Position numbers and translations under genes: made by a program
Shown here: piece after piece, positions 9,779 to 19,597 of the stretch
Position numbering within the stretch: position 1 is the first letter of the stretch
Layout: the number at the start of each line of letters is the position of its first letter
NCBI RefSeq assembly: GCF_020177375.1
Contig: NZ_JAIWHV010000015.1
Coordinates: forward strand, 1 to 64,000
DNA: 64,000 nucleotides
Direction: 5' to 3'
DNA from: Saliphagus infecundisoli
Lineage (GTDB): Archaea > Halobacteriota > Halobacteria > Halobacteriales > Natrialbaceae
The notes under the pieces: generated by a model
Seen by the model: the letters and a program-made list of their open reading frames with translations, nothing else
What the model was told of the DNA's origin: nothing
Database searches by the model: none

Positions 9779-10789
9779 ATGACGGACGCGGATCCACTCG
9801 CCGACGGCAATCTCACGACGGCCGAAGGTGTCGGCTCAGCCGATCGGGCCGGAAAGGCCGACGGGCCGCCGTTTCCAATGGCGGATCCCGTCCTCGGGCA
9901 GATCGGGGGAACGCCCCTAGTCCCTCATCCGGCCGACGACGTGCTCTGTAAGATGGAGCGCCAGTCGCCGACGCTCTCGCACAAAGACCGACTCGCCGTG
10001 GGGATGCTCCTCGCTCTGAAGGATCGCGGCGAGTTGGCCGACGGCCAGCGGGTCGTCGAGGCCTCCTCGGGGAACATGGCCGGCGGCGTCGCACTGGCCT
10101 GTAACCGGCTCGGCCATCCCTGTACCATTGTGAGCCCCGAGACGGCCAGCCCGATCAAGATGGGGTTCGTCAGGGCCCTCGGCGCCGAGTTGATCCAGGT
10201 TCCGGCGGTTCCCCACGACGACGAGGACTACTACCAGAAACAGGCCGCCAGACGCGCCGACGACGCCGACGCCCTCTATCTGAACCAGTACGAGCGGGCG
10301 TTGAACCGCGAGGTCCATGCCGCCTGGACCGGGCCCGAACTGTGGGCCCAGATAGAGGATCGGGAAGTGAGCCACGTCGTCGCGGCGACCGGCTCGGGAG
10401 GGACGATCTCGGGGATCGGCGCGTATCTGAGCACGCAGGACGACTCGATCCGCATCGTCGGCGTCGATGCCGAGCACTCGAACGTCAGCCGGGATTTCTA
10501 CGGCCAGGAGCGAGAGGAGTACGAGACCGAGATCGAGGGGTTGGGCCAGTACCGGACGACCGAGGCGATCGAGTTCGACGCGATCGACGAGATGGTGTCG
10601 GTCGCCGACGACGACGCCGTCGCCCGTGCGAAGTCGGAGGCCGCCGACCACGGCCTGTTGCTCGGCCTCTCAAGCGGGGCGGTGCTGGAGGTCGCCCGCT
10701 CGATCACGGCCGAGGACGACGATGCCCGCGTCGTCGCGGTCGTCCACGACGGCGCCGAACAGTACTTCCACCAGGTCGAGGGCTGGTGA
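9779..10789 (+). CDS. PLP-dependent cysteine synthase / cystathionine beta-synthase family enzyme
   Basis: Lys-containing PLP motif SHKDR, a GT/SGGT loop (ATGSGGTISG), and a fold-type II layout. Confidence 0.75.
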   Translation: MTDADPLADGNLTTAEGVGSADRAGKADGPPFPMADPVLGQIGGTPLVPHPADDVLCKMERQSPTLSHKDRLAVGMLLALKDRGELADGQRVVEASSGNMAGGVALACNRLGHPCTIVSPETASPIKMGFVRALGAELIQVPAVPHDDEDYYQKQAARRADDADALYLNQYERALNREVHAAWTGPELWAQIEDREVSHVVAATGSGGTISGIGAYLSTQDDSIRIVGVDAEHSNVSRDFYGQEREEYETEIEGLGQYRTTEAIEFDAIDEMVSVADDDAVARAKSEAADHGLLLGLSSGAVLEVARSITAEDDDARVVAVVHDGAEQYFHQVEGW

Positions 10790-11457
10790 TGCTCGGCGTC
10801 CTGGGCGGGGTCGGCCCCGCCGCGACGGTGAACTTCCTCGAGACCCTGCTCGCGGTCACCCCCGCCGAACGCGACCAGGATCACGTCGAGTCGATCGTCT
10901 ACAACGACCCGACGATTCCCGACCGGACCGAGGCGATCCGGGGGACCGACGACGTCGGCGACCAGTTGGTCGAAAACGCGAGGGCCCTCGATTCGATGGG
11001 CGTCGATTCGATCGTGATCGCGAGCAACCTCACCCACTACTGGTACGACGACGTCGCCGAAGCGGTGGACGCGGAGGTCCGCCACATGATCCGGACGACG
11101 TGTGAGACCATCGCCGAACGCGGGTACGACCGCGTCGGGGTGCTCTCGACGACGACCGCCCGCGACGTCGGCCTCTACGAGGAGTTCCTGGACGGGGTCG
11201 AGGTGGCCTATCCCGAGCCGATGGAGCCGCTGATGGACGCGATCTATCGCTACAAGGCCGGCGAGAAGCGGGCGGCCCAGTCGTCGATCGCAGGGCTCGT
11301 CGAGGCGTTCGCGTCGGAGGTGGATGCCGTCGTCCTGGGCTGTACGGAGTTCTCGGCCATGAAGTGGTCTCTGCCGGTAGCGACGATCGATCCCGTGGAA
11401 GTCGTCGCACGGGACGTGGTTCACGAGTTCGCTTCCGAACCGGTCGAGTGGCGATGA
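10789..11457 (+). CDS. Asp/Glu/hydantoin racemase family protein (aspartate racemase-like)
   Basis: N-terminal MLGVLGGVGPAAT and a second active-site region VVLGCTEFS. ATG overlaps the upstream TGA. Confidence 0.75.
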   Translation: MLGVLGGVGPAATVNFLETLLAVTPAERDQDHVESIVYNDPTIPDRTEAIRGTDDVGDQLVENARALDSMGVDSIVIASNLTHYWYDDVAEAVDAEVRHMIRTTCETIAERGYDRVGVLSTTTARDVGLYEEFLDGVEVAYPEPMEPLMDAIYRYKAGEKRAAQSSIAGLVEAFASEVDAVVLGCTEFSAMKWSLPVATIDPVEVVARDVVHEFASEPVEWR

Positions 11458-11569
11458 ATCCCATCTGAAGGTGAACGTGTCCACGAACTACTTCGGCGAG
11501 GGACCCGAACCGTGGATAGTCCGATCGGTGAGAACGTAGGGTGGAGTAGTTCACTTGAGCACGCCAGAA

Positions 11570-11990
11570 CCGATACTTAATTTGAGATGAAGGAGAAATA
11601 ATAAGAATAAATATATAATTTTTCCAGGTTTGAAGGTAGCGGGAGAGAGGCGCTATAGTTTATTATATAGATAGGTTAGGAAATCTAATAAGACTGAGTC
11701 GTTCGTCCCTGCTCTGTAGCACAATGTGGGCCCATGTATCGAAGATCTATCTGCCAGAGGACGTATTTGTTGAGCGTAATCACCGAGAGTAGTGAGTCCT
11801 TTTCGTTCGATTTGAAAAGTACATAACAGTGTATCGGATTGATACATACTCTTTCATATATAGAAATATTTTGAATAAGATTGGATACCTATACTATGTG
11901 GAGTACCGTCTTCCATACGTCGGAGGTTACGGATCTCGCAGCCGATCCCCTATTATGTGTCCTGCTGCCGACGTTGACTTTTTATGGTCT
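11570..11990. other. AT-rich (about 35-40% GC) non-coding tract separating the two clusters
   Basis: Composition contrasts sharply with the 65% GC surroundings. Only short low-quality ORFs. A TATA-like TTTTTAT lies about 27 nt before the next gene. Confidence 0.5.
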
Positions 11991-12010
11991 TCAGACCACT
12001 CTCTAACAGT

Positions 12011-12817
12011 ATGAATCGAGAAATCGCTCCAGGTATTCACTGGATTTACGAGGCGGGATCGGATCGAACAGAGCAGTTCGAGCTGGCTGAGCGGAAACCA
12101 GATTGGTACGAGTCGGGGCGAGAAGCGTACGTTCCACAATGCGCTTACCTCGTCGAAGGGGACAACGAGACGCTCCTATTCGACACGCTATCCCCTGCCA
12201 GTACTGACCAAATCCTCGATGCGATCGACGAACTCGTCGGAACCCGTGGTTTAGACTACCTCGTAGTCTCCCATCCAGACGTCCCCCACGCAGGAAACAC
12301 GTATGCTATCCTTGAGGAGCATTCCGAGACCACCTTAGTTGCACCGGCGTACGGCAATGATCACGAACTCTACAAACTCGACGAAAGTCTTCAGGTAGCT
12401 GAGGGTGATTCGATCGACCTCGGTAATCGTGTAGCGGAGTTTCACGAGGCGACGTTCCTCGATGCGCCAGTATCCGTCTGGATGACCGAGCAAAAGACCG
12501 AGACGCTCTTTCCCGTTGATTGGATGGGATTCCCCCACTTAGACGAGGAGTCCTTGCTTTTCGTTGACGAACTCGACGGAACGTTCGATGCGAGCCGCCT
12601 CGTCGAATTCCACGGACGCGTCCTGTTCTGGTACCAGTACGTAGATGTGGAGAAAACGAACGCGGAGATCGACAACCTCATCGAGAAATTCGATCCGGAA
12701 ATCATTGCTCCTGCACACGGTCTGGTTATTCGTGAAAACGCATCGGAGTACATGGAATTGATGAAGGACGTGACCCAAACCATCGACAACCAGGGTCGGA
12801 TTGGAACGTTGGGATGA
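12011..12817 (+). CDS. MBL-fold protein resembling the diiron (ODP / flavodiiron N-terminal) domain, without a flavodoxin module
   Basis: FDP-like landmarks: IAPGIHWI, VVSHPDVPHAGN (H-x-D-x-x-H variant of H-x-E-x-D-H), FPVDWMGFPH (D.FG.H-like). Confidence 0.6.
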   Translation: MNREIAPGIHWIYEAGSDRTEQFELAERKPDWYESGREAYVPQCAYLVEGDNETLLFDTLSPASTDQILDAIDELVGTRGLDYLVVSHPDVPHAGNTYAILEEHSETTLVAPAYGNDHELYKLDESLQVAEGDSIDLGNRVAEFHEATFLDAPVSVWMTEQKTETLFPVDWMGFPHLDEESLLFVDELDGTFDASRLVEFHGRVLFWYQYVDVEKTNAEIDNLIEKFDPEIIAPAHGLVIRENASEYMELMKDVTQTIDNQGRIGTLG

Positions 12818-12821
12818 GATC

Positions 12822-13562
12822 ATGACCGTGTCAGTAACACCGACCGTCAAATGGGTAGCCCAGTGTTACGATCATAACGAGAAACACGAGCACGTCTCAT
12901 TGTATCTCCTTGAGGAAGGTGATGACGTTGTTCTCGTCGATTCTGGTTCGTTCTACCATCGCGAGAAAATCACGAGTGAAATTGAAGTTGCAACCGACGG
13001 GAGTGGCCTTGACGCGATTATTCTGTCGCACTCCGATTATCCGCATGCCGGAAACGTTCGCTCGCTCGGTGGAGACACTAAAGGGATCGAACTCGTTGCA
13101 TCTTCAGGTTCGCCGGAACAACAAGGTCTGCCGGATGCGAGAAAATGCAGTATTGGCGACCGACTGAACGTGAAAGGACGAACCCTCAGCTTCATTGACC
13201 CACCGTTGGCCGACCGCTCGCATACGACTTGGATCTATGACCATAGCGACGGCGTCCTCTTTACCGCGGACGGCTTCGGAAACTACCACGAGCCGAATCA
13301 ATGCGGCTTTATTTCCAGTGATTTTGATGAAATGATTCCGGCGGAAGAGATCTATGAATACCATCGTGACAATCTCGTGTGGCTCCGCTATGTCGACCCA
13401 GAGAAAATCGAGAAGGCCCTCGACAGTATCTTTACGGAATTTACTATAAATGCAGTTGCTCCGGTCCACGGCAATCCGATCACAGGTAAGGACGTGGACG
13501 TGTATCTGAGTCGTCTATATGAGACGTTGTCTCGGATAGCGGCCGAGTACGATGTCGGTTGA
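12822..13562 (+). CDS. paralogous ODP-like MBL-fold protein
   Basis: Same landmarks: ILSHSDYPHAGN, FTADGFGNYH. Tandem with the previous gene, 4-nt spacer. Confidence 0.6.
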   Translation: MTVSVTPTVKWVAQCYDHNEKHEHVSLYLLEEGDDVVLVDSGSFYHREKITSEIEVATDGSGLDAIILSHSDYPHAGNVRSLGGDTKGIELVASSGSPEQQGLPDARKCSIGDRLNVKGRTLSFIDPPLADRSHTTWIYDHSDGVLFTADGFGNYHEPNQCGFISSDFDEMIPAEEIYEYHRDNLVWLRYVDPEKIEKALDSIFTEFTINAVAPVHGNPITGKDVDVYLSRLYETLSRIAAEYDVG

Positions 13563-13726
13563 GATTCAAGGCCCGTGTCGATCAGAATTGAGTGGAATCG
13601 GCTATCTTGATGAATACGTGCTTACAGGTAGAAGAGGGGTGATGTCAGGGATATCCTCGACTGACACGGCCTCTGCAGCCAGCAGGCGGACGGTCTCTGG
13701 GCGTTGATCGGCCGTCCGGGACACCG

Positions 13727-13738
13727 TAATCTTTTATT
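13727..13738 (+). promoter_or_regulatory. TATA-like box CTTTTATT about 27 nt upstream of the amidohydrolase ATG (leaderless-type promoter)
   Basis: Sequence and spacing fit a haloarchaeal promoter. Confidence 0.3.
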
Positions 13739-13761
13739 CCCAGCTTGTGGTATTCAATGGC

Positions 13762-14877
13762 ATGCCGACGCAGACTGCGGTCCGGTCAGTCGAGGATCTG
13801 AACACGACAGTAGTGGACGCAGATTTCCATCTAACGGAAGGGATCGAAGAGATCCGGCCGTACGTAGACGGGCCGATGGAGAAGATGCTGGTCGGGAGCA
13901 GTAGCTACAGCGGCGGCGTCAACCCGTATCCGTCGTCGGGGGACCTGCATCCGTCGGTCGTCACTGGCCGGACGCGGGTGTTCAACGAGGAGAAGCTCGC
14001 GACGCCGGCGGATGTACGCGAGGGTATGGACCTTCTGGGGATCGATCGGGTCTCGCTAGATCCCGGAATCCAGCTTGCGCTCGGAATGGTCCACCACGAC
14101 CAGGTGGCGGCCGCGCTCGCGACCGCCTACAACGAGTACCTGCTCGATACGTTTCTCAGTGAGGATGACGGCCTCTACGGGTCGGCCGTCGTTGCTCCAC
14201 AGCGCCCCGACCTCGCCGCCGAGGAGATCGATGACCGCGCCGACGAATCGAGCGTTGCCGCGGTGTTCCTGCCCAGCGGCGGTGTGAACCCACCACTGGG
14301 CGACCGGCGGTACGACCCGATATATGACGCGTGTGAGCGCGCGGACCTTCCGCTATTGTTGCACAACGTCTCGGGCGGAGCGATAACCAGTTTTCCGATC
14401 CAACACCAAGCGTTCGGCCGTCACATGCCGACTCACGTGGTGTCACACCCGATGCAACACATGGTCAATCTCACCCACATGCTCACCACTGGCGTCCCGG
14501 AACGGTTCCCTGACCTCCGAATCGTCTTTCAGGAGGCGGGACTCGGCTGGGTACCCTACCTCGTGAACCGACTGGATTACGAGTACTACGGCCAGCGTCA
14601 GGACGCTCCAGTCCTGAAACGCCCGCCCAGCGAGTACGTCGACGAGCAATGTTACTTCACGAGCCAGCCGGTTGAGGGCATGGACAAGCCGGGCTACGTG
14701 GCACAGGTGATCCGTCTCATGGGCGGCGAACACAACCTCATGTTCGCTTCGGACTATCCCCATCACGACTTCGATCACGCCGATGACCTCCTCAGGCAGT
14801 TGACCGGCGAATTCGACCGCAAGGCGATCGAAGCGATATTTGGCGGGACGGCCACGGAGGTGTACCGGTTCCGATGA
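13762..14877 (+). CDS. amidohydrolase_2 (PF04909, ACMSD/LigI/LigJ-like) family metal-dependent hydrolase or decarboxylase
   Basis: N-terminal DADFHLTE metal-binding motif, later His/Asp ligands (HHD, ASDYPHHD). GTG at 13747 is an alternative start. Confidence 0.75.
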   Translation: MPTQTAVRSVEDLNTTVVDADFHLTEGIEEIRPYVDGPMEKMLVGSSSYSGGVNPYPSSGDLHPSVVTGRTRVFNEEKLATPADVREGMDLLGIDRVSLDPGIQLALGMVHHDQVAAALATAYNEYLLDTFLSEDDGLYGSAVVAPQRPDLAAEEIDDRADESSVAAVFLPSGGVNPPLGDRRYDPIYDACERADLPLLLHNVSGGAITSFPIQHQAFGRHMPTHVVSHPMQHMVNLTHMLTTGVPERFPDLRIVFQEAGLGWVPYLVNRLDYEYYGQRQDAPVLKRPPSEYVDEQCYFTSQPVEGMDKPGYVAQVIRLMGGEHNLMFASDYPHHDFDHADDLLRQLTGEFDRKAIEAIFGGTATEVYRFR

Positions 14878-15251
14878 CCACCGACGAAACCGAACGCGGG
14901 CCGACCCGCCACTACGTCGTCGACGAAGCTGATCTCGATGACGGGGACCGCGTGCTCGTCGAGATAGAAGGCCGAGAGATCGGGGTCTTCAACGTTGACG
15001 GCGACCTGTACGCGCTCGCCAACCACTGTGTCCACATGGGTGGTCCCGTCTGCGAGGGCCGGCTCATGGGCTATTTCACGGCTGATGATGACGGCGACCT
15101 TCGCTACGAACGCGATGGGGAAATCCTCGCCTGCCCTTGGCATGGGTGGGAGTTCGACGTCGAGACGGGAGAGCATATCGCGGGGTCAAAATACCGGCTC
15201 CCGACATACGATGTCACCGTCGAGGACGGCGAAGTCTATGTCCTTGCCTGA
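14874..15251 (+). CDS. Rieske [2Fe-2S] domain protein
   Basis: CVHMGGP ... CPWHGWEF gives the CxH...CxxH Rieske ligands. Start overlaps the upstream stop (ATGA). Confidence 0.8.
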   Translation: MTTDETERGPTRHYVVDEADLDDGDRVLVEIEGREIGVFNVDGDLYALANHCVHMGGPVCEGRLMGYFTADDDGDLRYERDGEILACPWHGWEFDVETGEHIAGSKYRLPTYDVTVEDGEVYVLA

Positions 15252-15349
15252 CAGACTCGTCTCCCGAACTCCCGCTCGAACAGGTCCGCAGAGTTTCGCG
15301 TGACTGTGCAAGCCGGACCAGGGCGCCGGCGATGTATGGGTTTGGAGCG

Positions 15350-15559
15350 TCACTCACCCTCTTCGAGCCAGTTTCGGATGGTTGACTCGAACGTCTCGGC
15401 GGTGGTCTCGAAGATCGAGTATCCCGCCCGGTGACGGCGGTGTCCGACCTCGAGTACCGGCGCCCCGTCGACCCGGACCTCCCAGCTATCGGCCGGTTCG
15501 GGGTCGAAACAGACGAACGTGACGTCGACGCCGTACTCGTCTTCGAGGCGGTCGACCAC
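15350..15559 (-). CDS. hypothetical small acidic protein
   Basis: 69-aa ORF with coding-like composition. No recognisable domain. Confidence 0.35.
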   Translation of the reverse strand: MVDRLEDEYGVDVTFVCFDPEPADSWEVRVDGAPVLEVGHRRHRAGYSIFETTAETFESTIRNWLEEGE

Positions 15560-15849
15560 CTCGTGTTTCAGCGACCCGTCACTGAACCGCGGCGGCCGGT
15601 AGGGGCGGAGATCGTGTCGCTCAAACTCGGCGGCCGCGCGTCGCCACCAGCGCGGTCGCTCATCCTCGTCATCGAATGCCTGTCGGTTCTTGGGGTCAAC
15701 TATCGTCGATCACCGGCGCTGAGTTCGGCCGGTCCTGATATAATGTTTGGGTCGCATCACAACGCCCTATAAAGTACGATAGAACTGACTCCGTGAGGAC
15801 GGAGTCTCCGTTATTGACATCCGCCCGCGTCTGGAGGCGCCGAGGGATG

Positions 15850-17193
15850 TCAATGAGATACCGAGCTTGGGTTCTCCCGGAGCTTCTTGATGAACGAGTC
15901 CTCGAGTTCGACGTCATCATAGGTCAGAACGTCGTCCTGATCGATACTGGAGGTTACAGTCGCGCCGTCGAGTAGTTCGAACGGGACATACCCGCACTCG
16001 CGGGCTCGTTCCGCCGCTTCCAGCGTCCCATAAGTGGTGTATCCCCCGCCCCCGTCGAGTTCTGTCCCGGGCTCGAGCGGTCGCTTAGCTGCACCCACGA
16101 CCTCCGCGTAGCGCCCGCGGGGGGCGCCAGTCGGCTCGTTTCTCAGCATCGCGTTCGCAACGCTCACCGGTGTCTCGATTCCAGGCAGATGGTGGGGGCG
16201 ATAGAAGAACACGTACTCACCGTCGCTTGCGACGTAGAACCCGTGGCCACGGTTCTGGGAGAAATATTCCTGTACGGCCTGGTTGGGCGTCCTCGCGACG
16301 ACGAACATGCTCCAACTCAAATCGAGTTCCGTCGTCGAGCCGTCGGAGTAAAGCGAACTGATCGCCTCAACGGTGTTCGTTTGGTCGAGGACCCCACCGT
16401 CTTCCTTCAGACGAAGCGTTTCGGGCACTTCGTGGGCTTCGAGGGTTCGAAGGTGCATTCCCGGGACATCGGGTTCGAGACCGACCGCGTTCGCGAGCGC
16501 ACAGCTTTCGACGGCGATCTTCGTCCCGTCCAGAAAGGAATTGTACATCCGCGGATTGAGGTCGTGTTCGTCGATAAACTCGTCATCGTACCCCCATCGC
16601 TCGAACACGTCGTCGGGCGTCCCGAAGCGATACTCGTCGACGTACATCGACCCGCGTCCGGCGGCCACAATGTCCATTCCGATCGTGCGTGCCCAATCGC
16701 ACAGTTCGACCATCAGGGCCGGCTGGTCGCCATAGGCCAACGAATACGTCACATCCTGCTCATCCGCGAGGGTAGCAAGCGCCGGGCCCACGACGGTGTC
16801 AGCCTCAACGGTGGCGTTTATGACGTGTTTCCCCTCAGCGAGCGCCGCGTACGCGTGTCGTGCGCCGACGTCGGGAACACCTGTCGCCTCGACGACGACG
16901 TTGACGTCGGTCTCGGCGAGCAGACGCCCATCAGAGAGGATCACACGCTCTCCCCGTTTGATGGCGCGGTCGGCCTCCTCAACCGTTTCGGCCTCGATAA
17001 CGGCCTCGTTGACGCCTGCCTCGGTGAATGTATCCGACGCTTTCTTCGGTTCGATATCGGCGATCGCAGCGACGGTCATGCCGGGGGCGCACTCGATCTG
17101 ATCAGCCAGTTTCGTTCCGAACAGTCCGGCCCCAACGATGCCGACGCGGATGGGATCGTCGAGGGCCTTCAGCTTCGTGGGTAGGTTCAACAT
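15850..17193 (-). CDS. SAF-domain NAD(P)-dependent oxidoreductase (COG4091, predicted homoserine-dehydrogenase-like)
   Basis: N-terminal Rossmann motif VGIVGAGLFG and a C-terminal SAF-like domain. Confidence 0.65.
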   Translation of the reverse strand: MLNLPTKLKALDDPIRVGIVGAGLFGTKLADQIECAPGMTVAAIADIEPKKASDTFTEAGVNEAVIEAETVEEADRAIKRGERVILSDGRLLAETDVNVVVEATGVPDVGARHAYAALAEGKHVINATVEADTVVGPALATLADEQDVTYSLAYGDQPALMVELCDWARTIGMDIVAAGRGSMYVDEYRFGTPDDVFERWGYDDEFIDEHDLNPRMYNSFLDGTKIAVESCALANAVGLEPDVPGMHLRTLEAHEVPETLRLKEDGGVLDQTNTVEAISSLYSDGSTTELDLSWSMFVVARTPNQAVQEYFSQNRGHGFYVASDGEYVFFYRPHHLPGIETPVSVANAMLRNEPTGAPRGRYAEVVGAAKRPLEPGTELDGGGGYTTYGTLEAAERARECGYVPFELLDGATVTSSIDQDDVLTYDDVELEDSFIKKLRENPSSVSH

Positions 17194-17279
17194 GAGTATG
17201 GGGTGAAGCAGTCTTCGTGGTCGTTGTGCTACGTAACCGGTTTCGGGAGACGGGCGAGTTCGGAGGGACGTGATCGGTT

Positions 17280-18293
17280 CTACCCGGGAAGGGTGAACTC
17301 CTTTGCTGTAGTCAGCCGGTCGACCTGCTCGTCCGACAACGCCACCTCGCTCGCGTCGAGGTTCTCCTCGAGCTGTTCGACCGTCCGGGCGCCGACAATC
17401 GGCGCCGTGATGTCGGCATGGTGGGTCTGCCAGGCTAGCGCGACCTGTGCGGGCGACGCCTCGACCTCGTCAGCGACATCCAGCAGGACGTCGAGCGCAT
17501 CGAAGTTCTCCTCGGTCAGGTAATTCTCCTCGAAGCGGGCGTCGACGGATGCAGTCGAGCTCTCCGCCGTGGACTCGCGAGTGTATTTCCCCGTCAGGAA
17601 CCCCCACGCGAGCGGGCTCCACGGCACGACTCCAAGGCCGTATTCGCGACACATCGGTAGATAGTTCGGCTCGATTTCCCGATCAACGAGGTTGTATCGA
17701 GGTTGTGTGACGGTAAACGGTTCGAATCCCTCACGGCGAGCGATCTCGTTGGCCCGGACGATCTTCCACGCGTCGGGTTTTCCCGAGGAGAGCCCGAGGT
17801 AGTTCACTTTCCCGGACTCGACTAGCCCGTCCAGCGTGCGCATGACTTCGATCGCGGGCGTCCGGTCGTCCCAGCGGTGACAGTAGAGGAGGTCGATGTA
17901 GTCTGTGCCGAGCCGATCAAGACAGACGTCGATCTGGTTGCGCACGTGTTTCCGGTTTAACCCGCGACCATTGGGGTCGTCTCCTCGGCGGGGGCGGTGG
18001 ATCTTGGTCGCGATCACGAACTCCTCGCGGTCGCGTTCCTCGAGCCAGTTGCCGATCCACTCCTCGGCACGCCCGTCGCCGTACTTGTCGGCCGTATCGA
18101 TGAAGTTCCCCCCGTAGTCGGCATACGTATCGAGGAGCTCGTACGCACGTTCCTCGTCGACTTCGATGATTCCCTCGTCGGAGTCGTACCGTTCTTCGCC
18201 GTCGATCAATCGGCGTCCGAACCGCCACGTTCCGAACGACAGTTCGCTGACTTCGATGCCGGTCCGTCCGAGCGAGACGGTATCTAACGCCAT
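17280..18293 (-). CDS. aldo/keto reductase
   Basis: Matches the AKR TIM-barrel family (GTWRFG, DTADKYG). Start taken at internal MALDTV. Confidence 0.8.
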   Translation of the reverse strand: MALDTVSLGRTGIEVSELSFGTWRFGRRLIDGEERYDSDEGIIEVDEERAYELLDTYADYGGNFIDTADKYGDGRAEEWIGNWLEERDREEFVIATKIHRPRRGDDPNGRGLNRKHVRNQIDVCLDRLGTDYIDLLYCHRWDDRTPAIEVMRTLDGLVESGKVNYLGLSSGKPDAWKIVRANEIARREGFEPFTVTQPRYNLVDREIEPNYLPMCREYGLGVVPWSPLAWGFLTGKYTRESTAESSTASVDARFEENYLTEENFDALDVLLDVADEVEASPAQVALAWQTHHADITAPIVGARTVEQLEENLDASEVALSDEQVDRLTTAKEFTLPG

Positions 18294-18415
18294 ACGTGTG
18301 GCATCAAACGGCAGAGTATTAAAACTACGTAGCGCGGCAATCACCACGATTGGAGGTTCTGTTCCGTTCACGCCGTTCGACCGGGAGTAGCGTTATATGG
18401 GTGGTCCAAGAGATA

Positions 18416-19546
18416 ATGGATGACATGCACTCACGAAGTTTGGTTATGGACGAACCAGGGACGCTCTCGGTTCGCGAGTTCGACGTCCCCGAAGTGGGCC
18501 CGAACGAGGTTCTCATCGAGGTAGAGTTGTGTGGCGTCTGTGGGACTGACGTCCATATGAACGAGGGCGGAATGCCTCTAGATTTTCCCGTCATTCCAGG
18601 TCACGAGTTCGCCGGGCGAATCGTCGAGACGGGAGAGGCTGTCACCACTGACTTCGCCGGTGTCGCTATTGAGGTAGGTGACGCGGTGACCGTCTGTCCG
18701 GGACGGGCCTGCGGAGAGTGTTGGTACTGCAACAACGTTCCCGCCCGCCCAACCGCCTGCCTCGATCGCACCGTCTACGGGTTCACCAGTATCGACCGTG
18801 AACCCACTCTCCGTGGCGGCATGAGCGAGTATGTTCTCATCGAGGGGAACGCCGATTTCTTCCGACTTCCGGACGATCTGGACATCGATTACGGCGCGCT
18901 CGTCGAACCCCTCGCGGTGGCGTCCTACGCTCTCGAACAGAGTTTCCAATCCGGCCTCCCGTTTGCCCGCGAGGGCTACGGCCCCGGACAGAGCGTCGCC
19001 GTCCAAGGCACCGGCCCGATCGGCCTACTGACGGTCGCTACGGCACACGCCACCGGCGCCAGCGAGATCATCGCCATCGACATGGTAGAAAAGCGCCTCG
19101 AATTGGCTCGGAAGTTCGGCGCTACACGGACCGTCAACATCAGGGATTACGACGACGACGAGGCTCTGATCGAGGCAGTACGAGCGAAAGGAAACGACGG
19201 GATCGGTCCGGACGTCGTCGTCGAGGCCGTGGGCCACCCGAGTGCGTTCGAACAGGGACTCAGGATGCCCCGAAACGGTGGCACACTCGTAGAGGTGGGT
19301 CACTTCGCGGATGCGGGGACCGCTGAGATCAACCCCACGTGGATCGTTCAGAACGACATCTCGGTCGAGAGCAGTTACGTATACCCACCTGCGCAGTTCC
19401 GGACCAGCCTCTCGTTGCTCCAGGGTTACCGTGACGACCTGCCGTTTCTCGAGTTGTTCGACTATCGTGTGGATCTCTCGGAAGCCGAGAGCGCCTTCGA
19501 GGCACAAGCGACCGGCGACTCCTACCGCGCTACCGTTCACCCCTGA
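18416..19546 (+). CDS. zinc-dependent alcohol dehydrogenase (MDR family)
   Basis: GHEFAG zinc-ligand region, structural-Zn cysteines CPGRACGECWYC, and the GxGxxG motif VQGTGPIG. Confidence 0.8.
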   Translation: MDDMHSRSLVMDEPGTLSVREFDVPEVGPNEVLIEVELCGVCGTDVHMNEGGMPLDFPVIPGHEFAGRIVETGEAVTTDFAGVAIEVGDAVTVCPGRACGECWYCNNVPARPTACLDRTVYGFTSIDREPTLRGGMSEYVLIEGNADFFRLPDDLDIDYGALVEPLAVASYALEQSFQSGLPFAREGYGPGQSVAVQGTGPIGLLTVATAHATGASEIIAIDMVEKRLELARKFGATRTVNIRDYDDDEALIEAVRAKGNDGIGPDVVVEAVGHPSAFEQGLRMPRNGGTLVEVGHFADAGTAEINPTWIVQNDISVESSYVYPPAQFRTSLSLLQGYRDDLPFLELFDYRVDLSEAESAFEAQATGDSYRATVHP

Positions 19547-19597
19547 GATCACGACGACCCAAACGAATATAACGATGCGTGCATATTCGGGTGACTG

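Noticed and set aside
16189-17184. 331-aa plus-strand ORF
   Set aside because: Antisense to the SAF oxidoreductase gene.
17711-17730. GGTTCGAATCC, a tRNA T-loop-like 11-mer
   Set aside because: It lies inside the aldo/keto reductase coding sequence (encodes REGFEP). There is no acceptor or anticodon stem context.
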